A DNA stretch of 64,000 nucleotides from positions 18,600,001-18,664,000 of the forward strand of contig JBHGNT010000007.1 of the NCBI GenBank assembly GCA_043228905.1, written 5' to 3'. The translations under genes were made by a program, and so were the position numbers. Shown here piece by piece: positions 12,701 to 25,880 of the stretch. This DNA comes from Azolla caroliniana. Taxonomy: Eukaryota; Plantae; Polypodiophyta. The notes beneath the pieces are model-generated. The model saw only the letters and a program-made list of their open reading frames with translations. It ran no database searches and was not told where the DNA came from. How positions within the stretch are numbered: the stretch's first letter is position 1; the number at the start of each line of letters is the position of its first letter.

Positions 12701-15700
12701 CTAAGTTCATGGGTAGGAATGGAGTCAGATTTGTTTTCACCAGAGTGTTTGTATATGTATTATTTCAAGCAGTGTTTATATGTGCGTTGTTTTCAGCAGA
12801 TTGTTTATCTATGTACTTCAGCTGTCAGTTAAGAAGAGTCTTGATGTAGACTATAAATGTACAAGATAGTGACATGACATAGTGTGATGTAATTATGTTT
12901 TTCTGGACTAGTAAAAATGTTCTAAACCTGCATGAATTATATTTCAGAGTGCATTTTGGAACGTAAGGAGAGAGATGAATTAATGGATTACTATCATGCC
13001 AATTAGAAAATATCTAAGGCAATGTGCATAATTCTATCTAATGTTACGATTGCTGGATATATTTTCACCACTGTTTAGTATTACATCAGAATACTATTAT
13101 GTGCGAACTGGTCTTTGATTGCATGTGGTCTCACCTCCAACAAACAACGAATTTTGTTTTGCAGAGGATGAACATTTTGATGCCTCACAATATGCCTTCT
13201 TTGGTGGTAATGTAAGCCAAGAAATTGAGCTGGGTGGACTTGATGAAGAAGATGATATTGTGTTTAGTGGTGCATTTGATGAGGATGAAGAAAAGGTTGA
13301 GGTACACATAATTGCCCTTGATCTTGATGTGCAGCATGGAGCAGAAATATTCATTTTTATGGTTTTCTCATTGTCATGTCTTTACAGGGAGAGGCTTTGG
13401 ATGTGGTGCCGCAGATAGATGATGTTTCAGTGGATGTTTCTGATATCAGCAATTCATTCATGGTAATTGTGTGGGTTATATACAAATTATTTTTTGAATA
13501 TAGATGCTTATTGGCTTATCTATTCGAACATTAATTAAGATATTTTATTCGACTGTTCTTTCAAATAATCCAATATTGCAACCTAGTGGTGTTTTAATAT
13601 TTCTACTTCGTGGATATTGATGAACTGAAGTAAAGTAGGTTAATTGATGAAAATAGATGTCTTGTTTTTAGTCATACTGTCATGCTTCATAGCATTTGTG
13701 TTCATTTGACACAAGTAGATTTTGTTGGTTATCAAGATAACATGTTCTTTACTTTAAGTGTGAGATGCTCCACAGGAACTGTAGATATTAAGCTTCCTTA
13801 CAGGATTTACAATCTACTTGTCCATCGCTTCCTTCACTTGTGGCTTTGAAATAGTTTATATTATATTCATGGTGGGAAGTAATCATTTATGCCATGTATT
13901 TTCTGTCGATGGTAATCTCATGTTAGTCCTGAATACGTCTCTCTATTTTGTTGGGCAAGAGTCTTGATAAGGAATACTTGGAGATATATTGCGCTGAAAT
14001 GTTTTCACTGTACCTTATTTCGTGAGCATTGAGTGGATTTGAGAAATGAAGACAATGTTGGGCTGTGAGTATATACATAGGCCAAGAGAGAAACTGCCAT
14101 ATGCCAGAGGGGTGGAAGCTGATTGATGTCTGCTACATGATATACTAATCAATTGTTGGCAATGGTATGCTATGAACACTTATGTGATGTGACACTATGC
14201 ATAAAAGCTTTTTTATTTGAGTCTGTAAGGACTCTGCAGCCTTATCTAGGAAGCTCATTGCATTTTTTTTCTTAACTATCTCATGTGGGTATGAGGGTTT
14301 TCTGCAAGTTATTCAGGTGCCCATATTTGACTTATAGATTCCTCGATTGATGTAAAACCGTGATACCTTGTATTCAATGTATCATTGTGCATCTTGACAA
14401 GATGACATGATTCATAAATTGGTGTCTATGCGTGAAATGGGAGTGCAGGTAGGTTGCTCAAGGACTGTATTCATCTTGAAGATTGGTAGAAGTTCTTGAA
14501 GATTATTTTACTGTGTGATTACCAATGGAGACCTTGCCCATATATATCAGCATATGGCATTTTTGAGCCTGAAATGTACCTTATCTGCAGTCTTACAAGT
14601 CATGCACATAGAGCATGTATGGTCCACGTTGGGTAGGAGTCACCATGTATCTCTCTCAATGGCTAGGTTGTGATTCCTTGTTTTGAGGAGGGTAATTAGT
14701 TGCCTAGACTGACAGAGTGGGCACACTCGGATTAGCAGTGTTTTTGTCAGCCCCTTCTTTTTCACCAAAGGTGCTCACAAATGGAGGAGCTTAATGTCTA
14801 CCAATTGCATAATTTTTGGGTAATTTAAGTAGATTTCCAGTTGAAACATTTGTGGATGTTCTGTGCCCAACTGGATAAGAGCATTTTAATGTCTCGGTTC
14901 TGTAAAAGCATGTTCTTTGCATGTTTTGTGGGTAATTGCTCGCCTACACAATAGTGTACGCATGCTATGATCCTTAGCATCCACAATAGATAGGTGCTGC
15001 TTTTCCCCAATTTCCATTTTGCTTTTAGGGTGCTCCAAGATGGAGCTCAATGTTTACCTATTGCATGGTTCTCTGAGTAATTCCTGCAAATTTCCACTTG
15101 AACCATATGTAGGTCCAGTGGCCAACTGAGTAAGAGCATTTTAATCTCTAGGTGTCATTCTAATTGTAATAGACTCTTCTGTTCATTTTCAAAGTCACTC
15201 TACATGGATTTTCAATAGACTCCATCCCCAGATCCCTACTTAATAGAGAAGAACTTGAATCATCAGGATGTCGCAGTGCATCTTTGTCTGCCATCTGTAA
15301 AAGCTGCTGTTGTGCATTTTTTATTTGAGCATATTATAGTCTGCAGATTTGGGTTAACGTCCTATGCATGTCTAATAATCTATGGTTGATCTTTAGATAA
15401 GAGTTGACCACTTCAATGGGATCTGCATTGGAAATCAAGAAATGAGAGATACCTAACTACAAGTATTTTATATTTGCCTACACTCACAGGAAACCGACCA
15501 CACACAGACAGTAGCCATGAATAATTTCATTCACAGTTTTGCAAAAACCTTGATATATTTGTAGAGCATACATAATTTCAATGACTTCCAGTTGCTTGTG
15601 TATAGCGTAAACTTATTTGCATGTTGGAAAATTACAGAACACAGTAAAGATAGTATATGAATTGGTGACCTTTTTAACACTTTCATGGCTTCTCTAGAGT

Positions 15701-18700
15701 CAATTGTATTCTTAAAGCATGAATAATCTTGAGGAACCCTTTCGTTGGATTTAAGTCAATTGTGAGCACATACAATCATGTTGAGAAATTGCGAAAAAGA
15801 AAAGGATGCAGTATCCCAAGCTGTAATCTTATAAAGAAAGCCTGAATTAATGAGATGTTAATGCCAGAAACAGTTTCTCTTGATGTTCTTTTTACTTTGT
15901 TATGATTTTACTTCTTCTCAAAAGTGAATTATCTAACCAGTGAATCCACTGGTTCTTACTTATAATTCTGTTCAATCACTAGTAGAACATGTTAACACCT
16001 CCTATAGGAATCCTAAGATCGATGGTGACTAACAAAAGGCATCATTTCACATTACAACTCCTAAATACAATAGTAATAACTGCATTATTTCAAAACTACC
16101 TATCAAATCCTACACGCCACTTGTCAGTTCATCCATAGATATTGCAGTTAAATTCACATTTTTTGCATTTTGATACATGTTTTCTCTTGTATGGATGTTC
16201 ACTTTGAACCATCTTGATGTATGTTATCTTATTGCCTTTTACTATTTAATTTCACAGGTTTTGCTTTTTGATACATATTTTTCTTTTTTAGGGACAGTAA
16301 TTGTAAATAAGATCAATATACATTAATAATTGGAATTTATTATGAAAATAAGCATGTGGTAAACTTTAAAACATGTAAAATCCTACTGCTATGTAAAACA
16401 AAGAGGCTATAGACGTTCCACAATCTGGGTCTTTCAAATTGTGAATTCATATGTAATAATTAAACAATTCACTACAGTCATCATGAGAGTACAACATTCG
16501 TAATATTATTACTAGTAAAAATCAGTTCATACAAGTATTTTCGGGGTTATACACAAGGAACACCTGAACATGGATCTTAGGAATTTTTGGTCAACACTGA
16601 ACTTGCTAATTTTATGAGAAGGGCCCTATTTGTGATCCAATGCCAACCTAATATTAAATATGGTTTTCCATGTGCTTTAAATGTTGCCCTATAATACTGT
16701 ACAATATTATCTGGATATATGCCTTCCGAAATGGCAAATTTCAATGAAATGCATTGTATCTGAATCTACAGAAGAGTGTTTGTGATTTAGCTAGCACTGA
16801 TGATTTTACTTACAGCTATTTCTTTGTATTTATTTCAGTATCATGGGCTTGGATCTGTTCATGATAGTGAGTTAGCCCATGGTTCATCTAACTGGTCTAG
16901 CAATCAACAGCGACAGGTTATAGAGGATGTCCATGGAATGCGTTCACCAAATTTCCTTTCACAGCGGCAATGGTCAGGAGGGGAAACTGGATTTCCTCAG
17001 AGTCCCTTTGGGCAGTATACACCTTCACAACTTCAGGCTGCAGCTTTAATTCATAATGCACAACAGGTTACATCTCATGGAAATGTGCCTGCCAATTCTA
17101 ATTACAGAATCCTCCCTCCAAGTCCTCGTTCTCTTTCACCATTCTCTCAGTTTGGGTCAAACCATATTTTGAATAATCCTCCAGCCACACCTCCACAGCG
17201 AATGCCTCGAAACATGCATCTGGCAGTGTCTGGGGGATTTATTCAAGAGTATTTGCAACAGCAGATTGCTCAGCAGCATTCTCAATTTCCTCAGGGTCAG
17301 ATGCAGAGGCAACAGGGACATCCCAGAGTACCTTCTCAAAATTTGCAACAACCGTACTTCAATCATATGCCCTCTGCACCACCTCTAGATAGGGATGATG
17401 GACGAGAATATCATGATGGAAGAGAGTATCATCATGACTTCCATCAGCAAAATAGAAGACCATACAAGCAAGGCATCTATGCGTCTCATAATACCAATAA
17501 CAAGAACACAGGTCGCCAGCCGTTTAGATCAAAATATATGAGCGCAGATGAGATTGAAAGTATTGCACGGATACAGCTTGCGGCAACCCACATTAATGAC
17601 TCATACATTGATGATTATTACCATCAAGCTTCACAAGCAAAACTTGCAGGTGGGGCATCACATGGAAGACGCCCTTTTGCTCCTTTTCATCTTCGAGATT
17701 CACCATCTCATAGACGCGCTCCAGCTTTGCAGCCTACTTTCATTCCAGTTGATGGCCTTGGTAAGGTGGCCTTCTCCTCAATTCGAAGACCACGTCCTTT
17801 GCTGGAAGTTGATGATTCCTCTGTGGAAGAAGGAGATCCTAGTAAAGAAGTAGTAAGGCCTTTGGAGCAAGAGCCTATGCTAGCAGCAAGAATTGCTATT
17901 GAAGATGGATTATGTTTCCTTTTGGATGTGGATGATATTGATCGTTTTTTGTTAGTATCACAGCCTCCTGATGGAGGAGCTCAATTAAAGAGACAGAGGC
18001 AAATGATACTGGAGAGCTTGGCTGCCTTGTTGCAACTAGTTGACCCTCCAAGAGGAAACAATGGTTCAGGCTCATTAGAGACAAGTGCACATATCATGGG
18101 AGATGATAGAAAAGATGATTTTGTGTTTCTAAGACTTGTTGTTTCGCTGTCCAAAGGGCGCAAAATGGTTTGTAGATACCTCAAGCTTTTGCCACAAGGG
18201 AGTCTGTTAGTCCAGATAGTTTGTATTGCTGTTTTTCGTCATCTTCGCTTTCTCTTTGGTCTTCCGCAAACCGATCCAAATGCCGCAAGAGCCACAACAG
18301 AGCTAGCAGAAACAGTCGCAAATTGTGTTTCCAGAATGAATTTAAATTCATTGAGAGCTTGTCTAGCAGCTGTTGTCTTGTCTCCTGAACCTCCTCCATC
18401 AAGGCTTTTTGCCAGTGGACCTAATGATGGAGCTAGCTTAGTATTGAAGTCTGTTCTGAACAGGGCTACAGGTTTATTAACTGATTCTGGGTTTGCATTT
18501 CCTCTGGAAGATAGAGCAATGTGGCAAGCAACCTTTGATCATTTCTTCCATTTGTTGTACAAATTCTGTACAAATAAGTTTGATAGCATTTTACGTTCTT
18601 TGGCAATGTCATCATCAGGTGGACATTCTTTATCTATTAATGCAATGGCTGCAGAGGCAATGACCAAAGAAATGCCTATTGAACTTCTCCGATCTAGTTT

Positions 18701-18794
18701 ACCTCATATGAATGAACACCAAAGAAAGTCACTTCTAGAATTTACACAAAGATCAGTAGCCTTTGGGGCAACAGGAGGACAAACCTTAGGATAA
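9747..18794 (+). CDS. PAT1: PAT1 homolog (mRNA decapping activator), about 728 aa
   Basis: Phase-consistent exons 9747-9765, 13165-13301, 13388-13462 and 16839-18794. Plant PAT1 motifs FDASQYAFFG..ELGGL, FRSKYMSADEIESI, YIDDYYHQA, PLEQEPMLAARIAIEDG and EMPIELLRSSLPH. The first exon is less certain, and small internal exons may be missing. Confidence 0.9.
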
Positions 18795-20138
18795 ATGCTA
18801 ACATTCTTACAACTGCAGAGTAACATCATATCCTCGCTGTGCGTCCAGTTTCAGCTTATCCATGAATCAATCATGCAGGAATTCAGCATTCCCTCAGACT
18901 GGTTCTTGCATTGACTGGATGAGATGGAAACCACTTTCAGTTACTATGAACCCACTGAAAAGCAATGGATTCATATCATCTCGTTATGTGGTATTGTTTG
19001 TTTTTCATTGGGATCTGATGGTTTGGAAAATGCAGCTCTATTACATTTCTTTTGCAGTCTGTATGATTTTGTATCGACTGTATGTTGATTACAGACCTTT
19101 TTGTGGTACCTTGTATGGTTGAGCATGCCAGGCCACAACCAGTGCTTACTTTTACATCTCTATGTTTGATGAAGGTGTGCTGTATACAATACCTGGGGCC
19201 ATCTTTTGACAGAAGGAATAATAGACGGTTAAGTGGAAGTCAGGATGCTACAACGTGATCAGTAATGTTGGCATCACGATGTGATCATAATTTTAGTATC
19301 ACAATTTACTGTTGGTATTATCACTGTTGTCCAGTACAACTGCTATTGTGTTAGGAAGTTGGTGAAGCATGTTTTTGACGTCTCTCCATACTCTGAGAGG
19401 CTTTCTTTTGTTGGTTTTTGTACAGTTTTTGTGCTTTTGCTTATGTGACTAATTGATTGAATTTCACATTTCCCAACTCTGTAATTATCCATGTAGCAAA
19501 TGACATTTCTAAAGTGTAGGGATTTGTATTACTTGCATAGCTGTTCTCTATGTTATATTTCTAGATTTAGTTGTAATACTTGCATAAGCTGTTCTGGGTT
19601 ATATTTGTAGGTATTCATTTGTGTTGCCGAATTTATTCTAACATCCTTAAGACTTTCAGCTTTCAGTTATTCTGATTTTGGAAGTTATATACATATTTAG
19701 TAATGCAATTAACGTAACATTTGTGCTCTTTAACCTTTCAGCTATTTGGATTTGAGAAATTTAAATAGTATATGGGAATTGTGTTTTGCTGTACAATTGA
19801 AATGATCCATTCTTGACATGTTTGGAAGAGCACTGCTGCTGTTTCAGAAACAATTGCTTGTTTTTTTACAAATAAATGCTCTCTGTTTCATGTTGTGATT
19901 CTTTTGGTATTCATTGTAGCTTTGTTGTTTCAGTATTGTACTCTTATGAATGCTGTTGTGTTTTGAGTGAATTGTTACTTGTGTAATATCTGTGGTTCAT
20001 TCATGTAATGGTGTCTTCAATATAAAATGTATGGCTTCGATCAAGGTTCTGAAATAGTTTCAATTAGTTTTCTTGCCTCAAGTTCCAGTATTTGGTAATG
20101 TGTTTGAATTTGTGCACCCGTTATCTTTGTCTGTATTT

Positions 20139-20257
20139 CTAGTTTTGAGAGAGATCTGGATAAAAGCATAACATGGTTTCTAAGCAGTAGGAAATGTATA
20201 TCTAGTTTTGAGAGAGATCTGGATAAAAGCATAACATGGTGTCTAAGCAATAGGAAA
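20139..20257. repeat. About 63-bp tandem duplication
   Basis: tctagttttgagagagatctggataaaagcataacatgg occurs twice. Confidence 0.85.
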
Positions 20258-21329
20258 TCATTGTGATGACATGGTCTTTGTGCCCTATTAAGGACATCTA
20301 TATCTGTGTAATGAGTTTCAAATGTGATCACCCCTAACATTTCCAATACTTTTTTGGAGCTTTGCATGCCTGGTTGGAAAAAGTATTGCTATATCAGTAT
20401 TAATGTATTTGCTTTGATATAAGAGAATTGCCATCTGGTGGAACACTTTTTTATATGACGCCAACATTGCAAATAACGTATAGAATTGCCTTTTTGGCTA
20501 AGCATGTGTGGGATGTTCGTTGTGAGGTCATCTGATCCAAAAGGAAGACTTGTTTTTTGTAATGCTGTATTTGTAATTACTAATGTTGATTTTGCCTACT
20601 TCCGATAAATGGTATGTTTTATACGGAGTGTATATTCAGCCTGAGTCTTGGACATTGAAGGTCACCATGGAGATCATGTTTTCTCAACTGGCAGTGGAAA
20701 ACTAGTCTCAAGATATATCACCCTGCGATGCCCCATGTTGATGGCTTATAAGAACTACAATATTGATAGCTTTTAACAATCGTTGTATAGTATTGCAGGT
20801 GCATTTAACTATTGACCTTCACTAGGTATAGTTCCTAATAAGACCATAACATGCAGAACTGAGGTTATATTGAGGAAAACTTCTCTCAAAAGTTTTCAAA
20901 GATATACGGACATAATCAGATGAATTTTCAGTTCATGCCCTTGCTCTTTTTTCCAACCTTTAGATCAAATCAACCTAAACAATTACATGACACAAGTTTC
21001 TTATAACCATTTTCGTAAATGCTTGACTATTGTGAAGCAGAGATGATGCTTTGCAGTGTTGCCTGGCTCATTAATTTTCTAAGTATAAACACAAGCCTTT
21101 CGAAAATGAAAACTGCTATATTTCCATCACTTGTTCTACACCATCATGATTAGATTTTCAAAGATAGTACTCATGTAGACAAATAAGGATTTTCGAAGAA
21201 AGTAGACCAAAACAATACTCATGGGTTTTCTGCATTGCAAAAAACAGGACCTACATTAACTTTTGAGTTTTATGCACACACTCTGTCTTTTGGATGTGAT
21301 GATGTCAAATCTCTTCTTATGATAACCTA

Positions 21330-24252
21330 TCATTCTGATTTTATCAGCATTTTCTTTGACAGATGTAGAGAATAAAGCTGATCATCACAAAAAGTGATGC
21401 AACGATCTAAAATCCGTTTGTAGCAAAATCTCCATTTGATTGAAAGCCACCATCTCTCCATCTGTAAATTAAGCTCTTTTGTTGATGCTGCCATCGTTGG
21501 GCTCTTTTGAGAATCTAAGAATGCCTCTACTTCATCTAGCACCTTCCGTTGATCATGAGAAGAAAGGTCAGCCCATCCACAAACAGAATCCTGTAATAAT
21601 TTCGTGCCACTTTCAAGTGGCAAACCTTTATAGTGAAGAAGATTGATTAATCCAGAAAGTCCTTCAACTGAGCTGCAGAGGCTGAGTATATGCAGTAATG
21701 CAGCATCCATACCCATGGTTGTGGGCAAGTGCATTATAAGATTACAGCATTTCAGTCTAAGTTTTTCACATGACATTATGTCGTTTTCAACTGAGAGTTG
21801 CTGACCACACAGAGCAAGGTGCCCTTTGTGTTTCCGAACTTCGGCTGAAGCACAATACACACGTAAAGCTGCCAGAAGCAGAAAGGATGGTCTGCCATCT
21901 GGTTCAATATGCATGCTACCATTAGGAAAGCTGTTGGTGATGGATAGCCATTCTGATGAATGGCCATTCAGCATACCCAGCTTTATGGGCACCTTGTCAT
22001 TGGGATTATGAGACAGGATAAAACCATAATGCTCCAGAAGCTCCAAATTGGTATATGTTCCATAACATAAAAGTACCTGATTACAATGAGACTGTTAGAT
22101 GCACATATATTTTGTTTGGTTTGTGATAATATTTTTTATCCATAGAAATCATATGGGACTGAAAATTGATATATCAAATCAGTATCTCACTCTGGGGGTG
22201 TTCATTAAAACTAAAATAGGAGGTTTTATTCAGATTTTAGAGGAATTGCAAGGTCCTAATACCTGATCTCCTTTTTTGTAGTTCTCTCGGGCATAGAAGC
22301 GATATGCTTTAGCATTTGAATCATAGCCCCCATCTGTAAGCCTATCAGTGAACTGTACGACTCTTCCACTATCATAATTTCCATCATAAAATTGGACTCC
22401 ATGTCTCATCTCAACTGATAACGAGTTTTTTTGAGCATGCACATCTGAAAGAGTACACAAATCTACCACGCTCTCATCACAAGGAGCACCAGAAGCATAA
22501 TTGAACAAGTCACCTATAGGGCATAGTGTACCAGCGGTACTCCATGTCACATGCAAAGTCCGTGAAGAGACCTGAACATAACTGATCGTCAAACAAATAA
22601 TGTTGTATCTCAATTCTTCATAACACATAATCAACAGATTGAATTTAAAGAGAAAATGAAGACAGAAATAAGGAACTGAAGGCGAAGACTTGAAATGTCA
22701 TGTTTTGAACACCACAGTAAATATGAAAGTAGGGTATAGTCAATCATCAAATGTTTAAACCAACTGTTGACAATGCCCACAGCCATGCTTTGAATGAGAG
22801 AAGTCATGTTTTCAACCTTCTTCCACAGTAAATGTGAAAGATAGGCATAGTCAATCATCAAACGTTTAAACCAACCGTTGATGATGCCCACAGCCATGTT
22901 TTGAATGAGAGAAGTCGTCCCTTTAAGCCCAACCTTTTTAAGAAAGGTTTTGCTTCCTCCCAATCCTTGTTTGCCTTTTCCACAGCTCGTTCAGCAGCCC
23001 AAACTGCATCTTCAACCTACCTAGTATTATGACACATATTTCATTTTCCTTGAGAAAAAACTCTCAAATCAATAAAAATGCAGCGCACCTGTAAGGCATT
23101 GATTTCAAATCTTGTGAACTGCATAAATGTTTGATAGGACCTAGGAATACTCTTCAAATAATGGAACCATCTTGATGATGTGGATTTCCCAGTCTCTTTT
23201 AAAAGAACTGCTATCAGCAGCTGATACAGTAAACATTATTGTTACCACATGCAAAGGAAACCTTTAGAAGTGGTTCATGTTAATTCTCTTCCAGTATTAT
23301 CACACGCAGATGCCCTTACACATACATCTACAAGAGACGGACATTCACAACCCATAATTATCCAGATTTCCTTGGGCTTCACAATCGTGATTATGTGAAT
23401 GCTCCTTACAAAACTGCTTTTTTATCTATTGTCGATAAAATCAGCTGCATTTTAAGAATTTCTCTCCAGAGAATAACTTGTGCCCCTTTAAAGCTCATTA
23501 ACTGGAAATCTGACATTTACTCGGAGCTTAGATTAGCCCATTTATTTTTTAAAGGATATGGGTATTAGGGATTTCTCTCTGAAAATAAAATTTACCCCCT
23601 TACGGCCCATTTAAACTTGAAAGTTGACAGTTAGTCAGAGCTTAGATTAGCCCATTCTGGGATTCAAATGAAGCCTAATTGTTTTACAAAGAATGAAGAA
23701 GTTTAAAGTTCCATCTTCAAAAAATTTAAAAATCGAAATGAGAAACCTTAACTGACCGTACATTCTCTATGAGCATTTTCACATAATATGCCTCTATGTT
23801 CCGAAGAAAATAGAAAATCATAATAATAAGACAATCAGAAAACGAAAAGATCTCAAAACCTGTGCAAAAGAAATACCTGAACAGAAGACAATTGAGGGTA
23901 ATGATGCAAAGCTTCCATGAAAACCTCGTCTTCTTTGGCACTTTCCACATTTAATAGACAAAACTCAGGCACAGAGAGTATCATCTCTCCTTCTTTAAGA
24001 TCACGCGAAGCGGCTAATCCTCTCCTGTCACAACACAATAGAAAAGGAGGAGGAAATTAAGGATTTGAATACCCAAACGTGATGTATATCTTACATAAGA
24101 GGACAGAAGAAAGAAGACGATAATCCTTACCCTCCAGCATGTGGAAATGAAGCAATGGTAATAGAATGGCCAATACATGATGACTGTTTAGTTAGAGAGT
24201 CTGTGATGTGATTCGTAAAGGCCCAATCCAAGAGCTCTGCTTCGGCTGCCAT
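21330..24252 (-). CDS. SDG40: SET domain group 40-like protein lysine methyltransferase, about 532 aa
   Basis: Exons 24252-24131, 24024-23877, 23220-23089, 23016-22876, 22571-22263 and 22076-21330, all GT-AG and in phase. Motifs FPHAGGRGLAA, ALQVEDAVWA, SSRTLHV, LCPIGDLFNY and YGTYTNLELLEHYGF match Arabidopsis SDG40 as I recall it. Confidence 0.9.
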
Positions 24253-25880
24253 GGGAGCACAGATTTTTTCATCATCTACACCTTAAATTTTAGGAAAACA
24301 AAATCTCCTTTGCATCCACACCTATATTCCTCAAGCTTACCGCAATGTCTTCATTTCCATAAAAAGAGGCCCTGAATTTCATTATTCCCCCAGAATACCC
24401 CTGAATTTTGTTTATCTCAAATGTTCCTGATCAACCATTGAAAGTGAGAAAAAAAAGACCATGTAATTCTTCTTGGATTAACCGAGGGCATTTGGCAAAA
24501 TAAAGAAAGACACATATTTTGTTCTTCTTTCCCTCATTAGAGTTGGACTTTTAGAAGGATGCATTCATATGGGGCTAGATTCAGCATTGATACAGATGTG
24601 GCTTTCATGAACTACAATTTTATTTATTCTACAATGGGTTTCTTATAAGGATGCTTTTAGACTTCGGATTAAGCACCTACATGGAAGGAATTCAAAACCT
24701 TTCATTGTTTTTATCTTGTTAAGGGCACACCAAAACTGACGACTTTTTTAATTGATTGAAACATGTTTTTGATCTACGAGGATGGAAAGTTTCAATCCCA
24801 ATTCATCAACTTTGGCCCATGCTCTTAAATCAGGTTCTAAATGCCATTCTCAACACAAATCCATTTGTCACAGTTGTTGCTTGATATGTTGTCACTAAGT
24901 TTGGAACCTAATTTAAAAGTCCCAAAAAGATTGCTGTTTTTCCTAAAGAAAGGCATGCTTCACAGATATCCTTAGTCAATTTAGCAATATGCAATTCCAA
25001 ACCAGAAATTTTAAACCACGTATTTGTTTACTAAAAAATGTCACTAGATTTAGGGTTTAGGTCGTTTGGCAACTTGGTGTATGACATTAATTTATTATGA
25101 GTGGCTATGTATCTGACCATCTTACATCAGAGAAAATCTTTTTGAGATCTGCTTTGAAACATTTATTGTTTATCAGAGAAAATCTAGCCTTGAAGGCAGG
25201 CAAAAGATTTCCTATCACATCCAACGGAAGGTATATTAAAAATGCTTATGTGAAGACTGCCACGATTCAGATGATTTCAGACAGATAAATGCAATGAAGG
25301 AAAGAAAAAATAGAACTATTGGTGAATGCAGAGAAGATGATTTCAGATGACATCTAGTTAATTATATATATAAAAGACCACTTCTGGCACAACATGGAAA
25401 AACCGTTGATCAAATAGACAACCGCTTTTTGTTTTCGCTTATGTTTTCATACATACCTTCTCCATAAGACTTCCCATTTAGAAGCTAGAAAGGCACATAA
25501 GAAAAGCTGATCTTTGTTCTACCCTATATGATAGTGTTACATGGTCAGTTGTAAACTCTTTCTTCTCGAGAAAAATCTAAATAATGCTTTTGGTTAGACT
25601 GAACTAAAACTAGTGTTAGGTACATGAATACAACAAAGAGCTCCATCAGTCGGAATTCATTCTTACAAATTCCAACATATGATCTCTTCTTGTGGCAGTT
25701 TGGCCAAGGTTTCCTTTTAACTTTAATCTTTACGAGGCAAAGATACAACATCCCTTTTCCGACTCGGGTTCTTCATGCTTGATAAGGCGAAGAACTCGGA
25801 TACAAGGAAATGTTCAACACAATCATTCATTGCATTGACATACATAGCCTTGTAAAACAAGGAAAGGTGTATCTATGCCA

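Noticed and set aside
16800-16838. PAT1 starting at the ORF-track Met
   Set aside because: This is intron pyrimidine tract ending in ttcag at 16838. The conserved N-terminal motifs lie at 13165.
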